NCBI GenBank assembly: GCA_002269645.1
Contig: NIVC01002157.1
Location: forward strand, 1-64,000
DNA from: Macrostomum lignano
Lineage: Eukaryota
DNA length: 64,000 nt
Reading direction: 5' to 3'
In this document: positions 34,801-48,100 of the stretch, in pieces
Numbering within the stretch: the stretch's first letter is position 1
Layout: every line of letters starts with the position of its first letter
Program-made: the position numbers and the translations under genes
Notes under the pieces: generated by a model
What the model was told of the DNA's origin: nothing
The model's input: the letters and a program-made list of their open reading frames with translations, nothing else
The model's database searches: none

Positions 34801-37800
34801 GGTAGGGTAGCGTAAAAGCCCCCTGTAAACTGAGTACACAGAGCTGCAGTTCACCCTGCTGTGGTAGGGTAGCGTAAAAGCCCCCTGTTAACTGAGTACA
34901 CAGAGCTGCAGTTCACCCTGCTGTGGTAGGGTAGCGTAAAAGCCCCCTGTAAACTGAGTACACAGAGCTGCAGTTCACCCTGCTGTGGTAGGGTAGCGTA
35001 AAAGCCCCCTGTAAACTGAGTACACAGAGCTGCCGTTCACCCTGCTGTGGTAGGGTAGCGTAAAAGCCCTTTGTAAACTGAGTACACAGAGCTGCAGTTC
35101 ACCCTGCTGTGGTAGGGTAGCGTAAAAGCCCCATGTAAACTGAGTACACAGAGCTGCAGTTCACCCTGCTGTGGTAGGGTAGCGTAAAAGCCCCCTGTTA
35201 ACTGAGTACACAGAGCTGCAGTTCACCCTGCTGTGGTAGGGTAGCGTAAAAGCCCCCTGTTAACTGAGTACACAGAGCTGCAGTTCACCCTGCTGTGGTA
35301 GGGTAGCGTAAAAGCCCCCTGTAAACTGAGTACACAGAGCTGCCGTTCACCCTGCTGTGGTAGGGTAGCGTAAAAGCCCCCTGTTAACTGAGTACACAGA
35401 GCTGCAGTTCACCCTGCTGTGGTAGGGTAGCGTAAAAGCCCCCTGTTAACTGAGTACACAGAGCTGCCGTTCACCCTGCTGTGGTAGGGTAGCGTAAAAG
35501 CCCCCTGTTAACTGAGTACACAGAGCTGCAGTTCACCCTGCTGTGGTAGGGTAGCGTAAAAGCCCCCTGTAAACTGAGTACACTGAGCTGCCGTTCACCC
35601 TGCTGTGGTAGGGTAGCGTAAAAGCCCCCTGTAAACTGAGTACACAGAGCTGCCGTTCACCCTGCTGTGGTAGGGTAGCGTAAAAGCCCCCTGTAAACTG
35701 AGTACACTGAGCTGCAGTTCACCCTGCTGTGGTAGGGTAGCGTAAAAGCCCCCTGTAAACTGAGTACACTGAGCTGCCGTTCACCCTGCTGTGGTAGGGT
35801 AGCGGCGAGTTGCAACGCCACAGTGTCTCAGGTTACTCCAATGCAACCCGTGTAATTTTCCCCTTGGAATTTCTACTTTTGACAACCATAATAATCTGGC
35901 GTTATCTCTAAACCCAGGTACTTGAACCTGCGCCAGGATGATCGCGTCTTCCAGGTGGAGCCGCACACCAGCCTCGGCTGTGTCCTATACGAGCTGATGC
36001 TGGGCGGCGGCGAGCAGCGTGCGGCGTCTGAGCAGCTTGTTGCCTGTGAAATTCTGCCAGCAGCCGCGGAGGCGTCCGGGGATGAAACTGACACAGCAGA
36101 GGCGGCAGCGGCGGTCGCAGCGGCCTGCTGTCTAGACGGCGCTGCCGATTTCTCTGCCGATTCTTCCGACGGTGCCGCCGGCTCAGCTCCTCCCGCTGTT
36201 GCCCGCGCCCCCACCCGCTTTCCCGTTTCTCGAAGGCGTCGTGGCGGCGGCGGCGGCGGCTTCGGTCGAAACGGGGGCCGGGGCGATCGGCGAGTCTCTG
36301 ATGGCAGAGGCGGCGGCGGCGGCGGCAGAAGCGAAGGCGGCGGTGGCGGCGCAGGAGGGGACGCCGTGCTGCAGGAGCTGCAAAAGCGGGCGCTGCGCTC
36401 GGGCCAGCTGCTAGCGGTGCAGGTGGTGAGCTGCTCCACCCGGGTGGACGTTCGCTGGCAGGACGGCCGACTGCAGACCGACATCTCGTCTTGGTGAGCG
36501 CCGATTTGCCTTTATTTCATTTGTTGATGCGTTGACTTACTTGACTTAGCTGCAGGGCTGTCCCGGAGGGGACACAGCGGGAAGGCGCGGGCGCCCATTC
36601 CGCTAGTCCCTGAACGGCCGACGCGTCGCTATGGACGGAGGGTTGGCGCCGCCCAGGGAGGTCCCCCAGTGTCGCCAGCAGCTATGGTGCTCTCTGGAAA
36701 GGAGAGTTCAGCCCTGCGGGTGGCCCGAAGGTAGCGCATGAGCTGATTAAAGTTTTCGGGTTTGCACGCTTCAGTAATAGATGTGTGTGGCCCGAGGTAA
36801 GTGAGTCTGGCCCGCGTGAAGGCGGGACAGATGCTGACGAAATGCTCAGCGGTTTCGTCACCTGAGTTGCAGAAACTACAGGTGGCGTTGGTGGCGTTGC
36901 CCTGCAGGTACTGGTGCCTGGAGAAGCAGCCGTGACCAGAGAGGGTCATGGTGGCAGCCCGGATGTCTCTGCGCGAGAGGCGCAAGAGGAGCTTCCGGAG
37001 CTGGTGAGAGGGCTGAGGGACAGCGCCTCTGGATTGCCTGCAGTTCGTGCGGTTCGCCCAAGTCGAGCGGTGCTGAGTCCTGATCCACGCTTTGATGCGT
37101 GAGTCGATGACACAGCCAGGAATCGGGACAAGAGGTTCGGGGCCGAGAGAGGAGCCGGAGGCACCAACTTTTGCAAGGGTGTCAGCCAACTCATTTCCTC
37201 GGATCCCCACATGCCCCGGAACCCACTTAAGGGTAATTTTGTTGGCGGAACCCAACACATTGAGGAGTTTGATACAGTCAAGGACTGTAGCAGAGTTGGT
37301 GCTGCAGCCACTGATGGCGTGCAAGGCAGCTTGGCTGTCCGAATGGAAAATGATGTTCTTACCAGTAACGCCAGTGGCGAGAAGCTCTGCAGTGCAGGAG
37401 CTGATGGCCAGAACTTCATTTTGGAAAACACTGGAGTTGACCCCAGTGTATTGAGCGTGGGTAGCGATGACCCTCCCGTTCAGAAAGATTCCAACACCAA
37501 AGCCGGTGTTGGCTGACTGCTTAGAACCGTCGGTGTAGCAATGAAGCTCACCAGGGTTCCAATGGTCATTGATGTTATCGCGCGAGTCGATAGCTACGGA
37601 GTAGCGCTGTCTCAGGTTGAGCGTTGAGGCAATGCCATCGGTGAAGACGCGATTGGCCTGACACTCGTTGAGAAAGTTGAGGCACAGATCGCTATGCGGG
37701 ACAAGGTTCCGCTTAGCAGGTGCTCTCATGTAAATGAATTTGACGCCGGCATCAATTAGACGCCGCGTCGTTCTAGCCGCCTCACCCCTGATGAAGAGGT

Positions 37801-40800
37801 CAAGAGGCGGAAGATTAAGGAAGGCCCCCATGCCAGCAAAGGGCGTGGACCTGGTGGCGTTGCAGATGAGCCTACACGCTCTGCCTTGGATCGTGTTGAG
37901 CAGGTCTGCATGGCTTTTGACCTGGGTAGCGCTAACCCAGACAACAGAGGCGTACGTAATGGCAGGTCTAACTACGGAAGTATAGATCCACCAAAGCCGC
38001 TTTGGGGATAGACCCCAAGAAGTGCCAAGTGCTCGTCGGAGCTGGGCCAGGATGGCTGAGGCACGCTTGGCTTTTGCTTTCACGTGGAAGGACCAGTTGA
38101 GCCGGTGGTCAAGTGTGACCCCGAGACATCTGGTCTGGTGCGCGAAGGCAATATCTCTGCCGTAGAGCTGCAGAGGACGTATGTTCCAGCGTAGTCTGCT
38201 GGTAAACATAATGGCAACGGTTTTGGGCTCAGAGAGTTCCAGACCATTGTCATTGGCCCAGGATTCTGCTTTGCGGATAAAGCTCTGCATCAGATCCCTG
38301 AGCGTGCTGGGAGACGGTCCTGCCACAATGGCCGTGACGTCATCAGCATACCCGACTTTGAAGACGGGGTCGGGTCGGGAGTCACTCAGAAGAGCGTCCA
38401 TGACCAGGTTCCAGAGCGTCGGGGTGAGGACTCCGCCTTGGGGTCCACCCTTACAGACTCTGGTGGAGGCAGTTTGCCCAAGAAGTTGGGCAGTGACCGT
38501 ACGGTTGGAGATCATGTACATGATCCACCGTATGAGGGTAGCATGAGCTTTGCGATTTTGAAGGGCCCTCTGAAACGCTTCAAAGATAACGTTGTCGAAG
38601 GCGCCAACAATGTCAAAAAGAGAGCCAGAGCGTAACCGTCACCCAGTACCGCCCTTTCAATCTTCTCGACAATCGCATGCAGGGCGCTGTCAGTCGACCT
38701 CCCGGTGCGGAAGGCGTGCTGATTATTGCTGAGGGGCATCGCTGTCAGCTCGCAGGACAGCAGCCGCCAGAGAATAAGCCTCTCAGTGAGCTTAAGCATT
38801 GCTGACGTTAAGCTAATAGGCCGGAAGGCCTTGACGCTTTGGTAGTCACCCTTCCCAGGTTTGGGAATAAAGACTACCGAGCTTCAGTCCAGCATTTGGG
38901 AACGTATCCCAGCTGGATAGAGGCCCGCATGAGATTGCGGGTGAGTCTCAGGAACGAGGGTATCTTGGCTGCTTCACGAAGGAGAACAGGGTAGATACCA
39001 TCAGGTCCAGGAGATTTGAAGGGTTTGAAGGTTCTGACCGCACGAGCGATTAGGTCTTCAGTGACAATGCCCGCCGCTAGGGTGGCTCCATCCATCGAAT
39101 GGTTGGGCTCCGGTCTAGCAGTAGGTACCCTCGGGAAGAATGTGCTAAGCATATGCTGAAGCACTTCTTCAGGGTCTTTAGTAAGAGAGCCATCATCTTT
39201 TTTGATCATGGCTAATTTGGACATTTTGTCCATTGTAAGGGCCTTGACAAGCCTAGAAGTAGGTCTGTCTTGATCCAATTCATTGCAGAATTGGCGCCAC
39301 TTACATTCCTTGGCCTTGCGCACTTCAGATTTGAAATTGCGGGAGGCTTGCCGGAAAAGCTCCATGTCCTCCGGGTTTCCGGTCTTCATGGCACGGCGAT
39401 GAAGGCTTTTGGCCTTCCGCCTGAGTTTCCCCAGCTCCGGGTTCCACCACGGCGCCGAGGTCTTGCCTTTGTAGGCGCGAGCAGGACAAGCCGCTTCGTA
39501 GGCTTCAATAATGCAACCTGTCAGCGTCTCAGCCATATGATCCACATCCTCGCAGGTCTCAATCGGACGTAAGTCCGTGAGTTCCTGCAGGTGCAGATCA
39601 AGGGCAGCCTTGTAGGCCGCCCAATCAGTGTTGCGGATATTGCGTCTCCAAGTGATCGGAGACTGGGTTTTAGTGTCCGCGATGTTAAAGGCGATAAAGC
39701 AGTGGTCAGACAGGGAGGGCTCCTCAGACCAGACTCTCCACTCCTCAACTCTGTCAAAGAGTCTTGGGGTAACGAGTGTGGCGTCGAGGACCTCGGTCCA
39801 TCTGCCATTATTAAAGGTAGGAGTGCTGCCGCGGTTGCAGAGCATGAGGTTTGTGTTAGAGATGAGGGCCAGAAGCTCCTCTCCTCTAGTGTTGGTATCT
39901 TTGCTGCCCCAGTGCTTGTGGTGCGCGTTGAGGTCGCCCCCTAAGCACAGCTCAGCGTTCTGGGACTCGCAGTACTGCGCGAGGCGCAGTAAACTCTCAG
40001 GAGCAGGGTCTCTGTCGCCTGGGATATAAACCGAGGCAACAAGACACGTACGCGGAGAGAAATGATTAGATTGGATGACACAAAGGTCTCCATCAGAGAG
40101 ATCAGTCCTCAGCCAAGCCTGGAGATGGCTAGCAGCGAGGATAGCCGCTCTAGGGCGGCTGTTCCCCGGGCCACACACATAAAAATCAGAGTAGCCAGAG
40201 GGAATGTTGGGCAACTTACCGTTGCGCATCCAGGGTTCCTGGATCAGGATGAGGCCTGGCCTGTACAGCTCAGCAATCTTCATCAGATTTACTGACGCAG
40301 ATACGAATGCTGTAAATTAATTTGCAGACAGAATGTCGCTCCTTTGGCAGCGTGGAGCTTAGTCATACTGTATTAAATGCAATTTCTGGCTAGAGCCCAG
40401 GGCCATCAAGGAGACTTGGACAACAGATCGTCCTCGTCCCAGGCCGCTGGGGCTTGACTGGGAGATGGGAGTTGGTCGACGTCCATGGCCTCCTCACCCC
40501 CACCGGCCCCCCCAGCAGAGTCTCAGGCTCCGATGACAGGATGGAGGAAGCTTCCTCACCTGCATCTTTACCTTCAGACCCCACCAAGGTGGCCGAGGAG
40601 AGCTCGGATTCCGAAGACCCGGCCTCGTCCTCAACTCCTTCTCCGACTGGCAGGTTTGGTTCCCGGGGCTTGGCCGGAGCCGTTACCGCGGTCGCCGAAC
40701 TGCTGCTAGCAGAGGGGCGAGATGCAGCTTTGGCTTTGGGATCGGCTTGCGCCTTTCCTTGGGCCTTAGACTGCGCCCCGCTCTTGCCGGAGATGCCGGG

Positions 40801-43800
40801 GTTGGCAGTAGCCTTCCCTTTGGCAGGCTTTCCTCGGCGCAACTTGAGCTTGAGGGCACCCAGCTGGAAAGAGGATCCATTAGGGTACCGACTCGCCCAA
40901 GTGCTGGAAAGGCCGAGGACAATTGAGTTGCCCGTCTCCCCCTGCGGACTTTACGGTGATACACCAGTCCACTAGCAGGGAGGTCGGGGTTCAGACGCAG
41001 TAGGACCCGGCGAATAACGTCTGGTCCAGCTGCGGTGCTCTTAGCAGGGACGAAAACCACATAGGGTATCGTCTTTGGACGCTGGCCCTCGCGAAGAAAA
41101 AGAGCTCCGCCAAGGTCAGCATCCAAGGAGACCGTCGGTAGCCGCTGGAGCAGCCGCCGAGCGTCCTCCTCGCTGCTAGGAGCAATAAGAACGAATGTGC
41201 TTCGCAGCACCATCCGCTCAATGCCGATGGAGATTCCCTCCTCGACAGTCAGCTCAATCAGATAGGAGTCAACAGCACTCCACACTTTTTGAAGCTGATC
41301 AGTGGTCCAGTCCTGGTCGCGACCTTGGATGATCACTCCCGGGATTTTGGCCTTGGCCTTCGCCGCAAAGGTAGCTCCCGAAGGAACCTCCTTGTTGGCA
41401 GTGGCCATTTGTTGCGCCGTGGTTTCGGCCTCAGCAGCCGCGGCAGCAGCTCCAGGGAGCGCCGCCGCTGAACTACTGGAGCTTCCACCGGCCGGCCCGC
41501 CTGGTTGCCTTGGGACTCCAGTCGCTTCAGCATCCATGGTGGACGCCGCCGCTTTGGCCCCCGCAGCTCCCTTCTTGGCCTGCCTTTTGGCGCGTTGTTT
41601 AGCGCGTTTGCGCTCAAGCCGAGCCCGCTGAGCTTCATCGGATCTGCCAGATTTGGCCGGTCCTTTAGGCTCAGAGCTCGCGGTTCCCTTAGATCCACCA
41701 GCGGAGCTGGCAGGTCTTTGGGTATTTTGAGTTTGGTAGCTCTGGTCGGATCTGCCAGCAGAGCCAGCCGGTCCTTCCTTTGCCACAGTTGAATCAGTCG
41801 GTTGGGATCTGCCAGCAGGGCCGGCCGGTCCTTCGGACTGAGGTTGGGGTTTAGAAGGGTCCCCGTCCCTAGAGTTAGCTTGATTATCCATAGACGGCTC
41901 GAAGGCCATGATAAAAGGTTGGTGGGCTACCCTCAAAGGGGCGCGGTACCCACCCGGCCGCTCCACCTGACCGGGCAGTAGGCCAATAGCACCCTCAAGG
42001 CTGGCCCGACACCAGGAGGGGGACCGCTTGCGACCGGACTACTCCCCGGCCTTCCAGCCCATCGGCACGGTCAACACCTTAGGCATTAGAGAGTACGTTG
42101 AGCAGTACCACGGCCTGCAGGTTGGCGAGCCAGACCCGCATACCCAAATTCGGCCGAAGCCACTGGATAGGGTCGCCAGCGCCGGAGCCCAGTCTGTCCA
42201 GCAGCCCTAGGGACTGCCTTGAACACACGCGGGGACGAGTACCCTGGGTCGACTTGCGAGACAGCGTGGGGGGGGGGGTCTGCGGCTGCCAGAGGCAAAT
42301 AGAGGGTGCAGACCTCCCACCAGCCTTGACCTGCTGAAGATAGGGGCAGGCGTGAAGCATCGCAGACCTTAGCCCATGGGCCTGGTCTGTCTCATACTTC
42401 ACTGGCATGCTGAATACGCCTTCGCGTGCAATTGATGTTGATGCGTTTCTTTGTTCAAGCTTGCTTCTGCTACTTTTTTATTTTGTTGAGTGCCGACTTG
42501 AAAACTTCACAAGCAGCTTTTAAATGCCTTTTTCCAATTAGTGTTGATGTATTATTCTTCTTTGGCTTTGAAGTTCGCAAAGTTTCAATTTAGCAGATAT
42601 TAGCCACCTTCCTAATTAGGCATGTTTCTCTTCATTTCGAAACCAAGATAATGTGTTGCTTCAGACCTACACTCCACGTGTTAGTATATGATGTGAATTC
42701 ACACAATCACTCCGTAGCATGCTAATCTCAAATACAGTGTGACTTCACACATTCACTTCACTCCACAGAAAGCTTAATATCAAATACAGTGTGACTTCAC
42801 ACCTTCACTCCACAGCACACTAATCTCAAATACGGTGTGATTTCACACCTTCACTCCACAGCACACTAATCTCAAATACAGTGTGATTTCACACCTTCAC
42901 TCCACAGCGCACTAATCTCAAATACAGTGTGACTTCACACCTTCACTTCGCAGCTAGCTAATCTCTGTGTGACTTCACACCACTCGACAGCATGCTAATC
43001 TCAAATAGTGTGACTTCATACCTTCGCTTTAAATCACTCATCGTCTTACGGTGTGACGTCATGAATCTGTATGTGCTTTGCTAACTTTTTACGGCATTTT
43101 TCCCCAATTAAAACCAAAAAAACCGACAAACAGCGATCTGGTGCCGTTCGACGATTTCATGGAGAGCCAATTCTTTCCTGGCGATTTTGTGCTCAGCAGC
43201 CAGCAGCAGCTGCAGCTGGAGGCCGACATCGGCGACGGCTCCAATCCGGCAAGCTCGTCGATGCCCGATCGCTACGGGCTGGTGCTGGAGAATGACGTCA
43301 GGCAGAAGCTGGCTAGAGTGCAATGGTTTCGCGAGGGCCCGGCCGCCGCTACCGCTACCGGCGGCGCCTCCGAACCGCTTGGCCAGCCCGAGCTAGTGAG
43401 CACCATCGACCTAAAGGAGTACCCTATCTATGAGTACAGGCCCAGAACTATCGTGATGCTCAAGTCGCAGCAGTTGGTGGGCGATCAGCCCGAAGCGGCA
43501 GCGGCATCTCCGCCCGGCCCTATCCAGTTAGGCGACGTTGTGCGAGTGGTGCTGGAAACGGTGAGACTGCTGTGGGTCAGGGTTCAGATGTTGCTTCGGC
43601 GACATCGTTATAAAAAACTAGCGCTGAGCCAATCCTGCCCATTCCGCTGACTCCTGAGCAGATGCGAGCGCGTCGGTACTGTACGCAGGCACGTACTCAG
43701 GGTGTACAGTGCCCTGACTTTCTAATCGTCAGGCATGTACACTGTGCCTTGGGGGGAGGGGGTTGGCCGGCATGGGTTCGAGTCGCCAGACAACCCCCCG

Positions 43801-44196
43801 CCCTTCTCTAGCCAATTTTCATGCACAGGCTCCAAATTAAAGTTTAATTTGTTTAATAAATTATTAGAGCGCTAAACTCTAAATGAGCCAGGTAGTTGTG
43901 TCGCGATAGCTAGGTGTTGACCGCTGAGCTGCTCTGCACGAAATAGATAGATGGGTAGATGGACAGTTAGACAATGGGTATGTAGATTGACTGATTGATA
44001 ATCAGGTGGGCAGAAGGACAGACAGGCAGACACTAAGAATAGGCGACAGGTGGCGTCGTCCGAGCCGGTGGCGAAGGCGTTGCCGCTGGGGAAGAACTGG
44101 GATGTTGGGCAGTGCGGGGCGGGTGGGTTGGCGCTGCGAGACAGGGCACTGGACAGACAGAAAGACTGACAGACAGACAGACAGACAGACAGACAT

Positions 44197-44245
<49 letters not shown>

Positions 44246-44266
44246 TAGACAGACAGACAGACACTA

Positions 44267-44319
<53 letters not shown>

Positions 44320-45120
44320 GGCAGACACTGACAGATTGATAGACAGACAGACAGACACTAAGACACAGACAGACAGACACTAAGACACTAAGACGCAGAC
44401 AGACACACAGACAGACAGACACTAAGACCCAGACACACAAACAGACAGGGAGACACAGACAGACACTAAGACCCAGACAGACACACAGACAGACAGGGAG
44501 AGACAGACAGACACTAAGACACAGACAGACAGACACTAAGACCCAGACAGACAGGGAGACACAGACAGACACTAAGACCCAGACACACAAACAGACAGAC
44601 AGACACTAAGACACTAAGACGCAGACAGACACACAGACAGACAGACACTAAGACCCAGACACACAAACAGACAGGGAGACACAGACAGACACTAAGACCC
44701 AGACAGACACACAGACAGACAGGGAGAGACAGACAGACACTAAGACACAGACAGACAGACACTAAGACCCAGACAGACAGGGAGACACAGACAGACACTA
44801 AGACCCAGACACACAAACAGACAGGGAGACACAGACAGACACTAAGACCCAGAGAGACACACAGACAGACAGGGAGACACAGACAGACACTAAGACCCAG
44901 ACAGACACACAGACAGACAGGGAGACACAGACAGACACTAAGACACAGACAGACAGACAGACACTAAGACCCAGACAGACACACAGACAGACAGGGAGAC
45001 ACAGACAGACACTAAGACACAGACAGACAGACACTAAGACCCAGACAGACACACAGACAGACACTAAGACACAGACAGACAGACAGACAGACAGACAGAT
45101 AGACAGACAGACAGACACTA

Positions 45121-45173
<53 letters not shown>

Positions 45174-48100
45174 GGCAGACACTGACAGATTGATAGACAG
45201 ACAGACAGACACTAAGACACAGACAGACAGACACTAAGACACTAAGACGCAGACAGACACACAGACAGACAGACACTAAGACCCAGACACACAAACAGAC
45301 AGGGAGACACAGACAGACACTAAGACCCAGACAGACACACAGACAGACAGGGAGAGACAGACAGACACTAAGACACAGACAGACAGACACTAAGACCCAG
45401 ACAGACAGGGAGACACAGACAGACACTAAGACCCAGACACACAAACAGACAGACAGACACTAAGACACTAAGACGCAGACAGACACACAGACAGACAGAC
45501 ACTAAGACCCAGACACACAAACAGACAGGGAGACACAGACAGACACTAAGACCCAGACAGACACACAGACAGACAGGGAGAGACAGACAGACACTAAGAC
45601 ACAGACAGACAGACACTAAGACCCAGACAGACAGGGAGACACAGACAGACACTAAGACCCAGACACACAAACAGACAGGGAGACACAGACAGACACTAAG
45701 ACCCAGAGAGACACACAGACAGACAGGGAGACACAGACAGACACACAGACAGACAGGGAGACACAGACAGACACTAAGACACAGACAGACAGACAGACAC
45801 TAAGACCCAGACAGACACACAGACAGACAGGGAGACACAGACAGACACTAAGACACAGACAGACAGACACTAAGACCCAGACAGACACACAGACAGACAC
45901 AAAGACCCAGACAGACACACAGACAGACAGACAGACATTGACACAGATACTTCAGAAATAGATTGATCCACTTGGCATACGTAGTGTAAAAACTGGTAAT
46001 AAAAGTTTAATTCAGTTTCATTCTATTTCATCGCTAAATCAGCTGTTAGTGTCAATGCAAACTGATCTTCAAAGAGACCGGGAATTCAACTTGTTTCTTA
46101 AGCTGATAACCGCCCCCACTACCCCAGTGTAATTCTTCTTTTTTGTTTGCCGAAAATCCGACATATATTTGAGGATGGGAACTCTGCTGCCTACATATGT
46201 GCTTCAACCCCCCCCCCCAGTGATTCGAACTTCCTGCCTCCGTCTATTACAGTTGTTTGCTCAACAGCATACGCAATAGCTTATTATAACTACAAAGCTA
46301 TATTGCAGTGTGCGGGCTAGGCTGTCAGTGGAACAGTTTCTGTGTCTTCATTTTCTGGTTCTTATAGCATTCCATATATGTTCTATTAAAGAGCGCGTTA
46401 ATAAAATTACTTTTCGATACATATCGGTATAAGCATTACCTAACTATAAGTCTATTTAGGCCTATTCTAGCTTGTATGTAGTCTTATTATGTATCCTAGC
46501 GAATCACTTCCTAATAAAGTGTGCTTTCGATACATATCAACAGGGCAAAATTCGTGTCGCCTGGTTAGACGGCCAAGAGTCGGATCTGTGGCCCAGCGAG
46601 TTATTTAGTTTAGAAGGCCTTCTCAGTGGCGGCCCGGAGCAACGCTCGGCTAGCGAGTCTTCGAGCTTTTTCAACAATTTCGAAGCCGACTCGGACGATA
46701 ACGAATCCTGGGAGACGGAGAGCGAAGAGACCGCTGAGCCTGACGAGGCTGACCGAGTAGGCATTGTTGTTCAAGTCACCAGCGGCGGGGATGTAGTTGC
46801 TATGGCTACAGAGGGAGACGACGAGATGGGCGGAGTGGCTACTGCCGCCAATTCGAATTGCTGGCTGCCGCACCACGCCTCCTGCTCGGATGAGTGGGCC
46901 TGCGCTAGACAGGTGGGTTTTTTATAGTCTGTCGCAGTCTGTAATTGCTGTCATGGTAATTTTTGCATATTGTAGTTGCTGTCACTGATTTTTTCAGCCT
47001 GCAGTTGCTGTCACTGTGATTTTTGCAGTCTGTAGTTGCTGTCACTGTGATTTTTGCAGTCTGTAGTTGCTGTCACGGTGATTTTTGCAGCCTGTAGTTG
47101 CTGTCATGGTGATTTTTTGCAGTCTGTAGTTGCTGTCACGGTGATTTTTTGCAGTCTGTAGTTGCTGTCATGGTGATTTTTGCAGCCTGTAGTTGCTGTC
47201 ACGGTGATTTTTGCAGCCTGTAGTTGCTGTCATGGTGATTTTTTGCAGTCTGTAGTTGCTGTCACGGTGATTTTTGCAGCCTGTAGTTGCTGTCACTGTG
47301 ATTTTTGCAGCCTGTAGTTGCTGTCACTGTGATTTTTGCAGCCTGCAGTTGCTGTCACTGTGATTTTTGCAGCCTGTAGTTGCTGACACGGTGATATTTT
47401 GCAGCCTGTAGTTGCTGTCACTGTGATTTTTTGCAGTCTGTAGTTGCTGTCATGGTGATTTTTGCAGTCTGTAGTTGCTGTCACGGTGATTTTTGCAGTC
47501 TGTAGTTGCTGTCACGGTGATTTTTGCAGCCTGTAGTTGCTGTCATGGTGATTTTTGCAGCCTGTAGTTGCTGTCACGGTGATTTTTGCAGTCTGTAGTT
47601 GCTGTCATGGTGATTTTTGCAGCCTGTAGTTGCTGTCACGGTGATTTTTGCAGTCTGTAGTTGCTGTCACGGTGATTTTTGCAGTCTGTAGTTGCTGTCA
47701 CGGTGATTTTGCAGCCTGTAGTTGCTGTCACTGTGACTGTCGCAGCCTGTAGTTGCTGTCATACCGGCTGTCACGCAGGCTGTCACAGCATCCATCGCAC
47801 TCTGTGCCTTCTATATGCTGCTGTCCTATGCTGCCGCCATTTTAGGTTGGTGTCCAGCTCAGGGAGCCGCTGCGACTCATTGCCGACTGCCTACGCGAGG
47901 CTGTAAACGCAAATGCCTGTCGTACGGTAACATCAACAGTAGTGCACAGCATCCACCAGGCGCTGGACACCATCCTGCTGACAGCCCACGGCCTGCGCAC
48001 CCAGCTGCACGACCTGCGCTCTCGGCCGTCCTGCCTGTGCCGCAATGCCACAGCTAGTCAGCGCCAGGCTCTGCTGCAGTTCTCCAGCCACCTGCGGCAC

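Larger units (their letters stand above)
36534..42435 (-). mobile_element. Full-length non-LTR retrotransposon (LOA/Lian-like, RNase H-containing), 5902 bp, antisense in UBE2O intron 4
   Basis: 12-bp TSD TGTTGATGCGTT at 36522-36533 and 42436-42447. About 525-nt 5' UTR, ORF1, ORF2 (APE-RT-RNaseH-CCHC), 95-nt 3' UTR ending TAAGTCAAGTAAGTC. Confidence 0.95.

Noticed and set aside
25113-35803. Hammerhead-ribozyme satellites or retrozymes
   Set aside because: No CTGANGA and GAAA core in any repeat unit; the 62-bp unit has only a simple 7-bp hairpin.
38614-40942. Programmed frameshifting or G-insertion RNA editing in the retrotransposon
   Set aside because: Five scattered -1 events at short runs, without slippery heptamer/pseudoknot context, are more simply explained by consensus errors or decay.
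42340-42360. TTCACG..GCCCCT (minus strand), resembling the L3/P1' of the CPEB3 HDV-like ribozyme
   Set aside because: The required P3 and P1 partner strands could not be found; left as a computational check.
44037-44096. A functional nested G-beta gene
   Set aside because: The fragment stops at F253 without a credible donor, and no other G-beta exons are visible.
43872-45918. Many VCLS-rich ORFs, and similar ORFs at 11391, 17822, 29340, 32637, 48864, 57503 and 59319-59884
   Set aside because: Translations of micro- or minisatellites; only the 20-codon G-beta piece has real homology.
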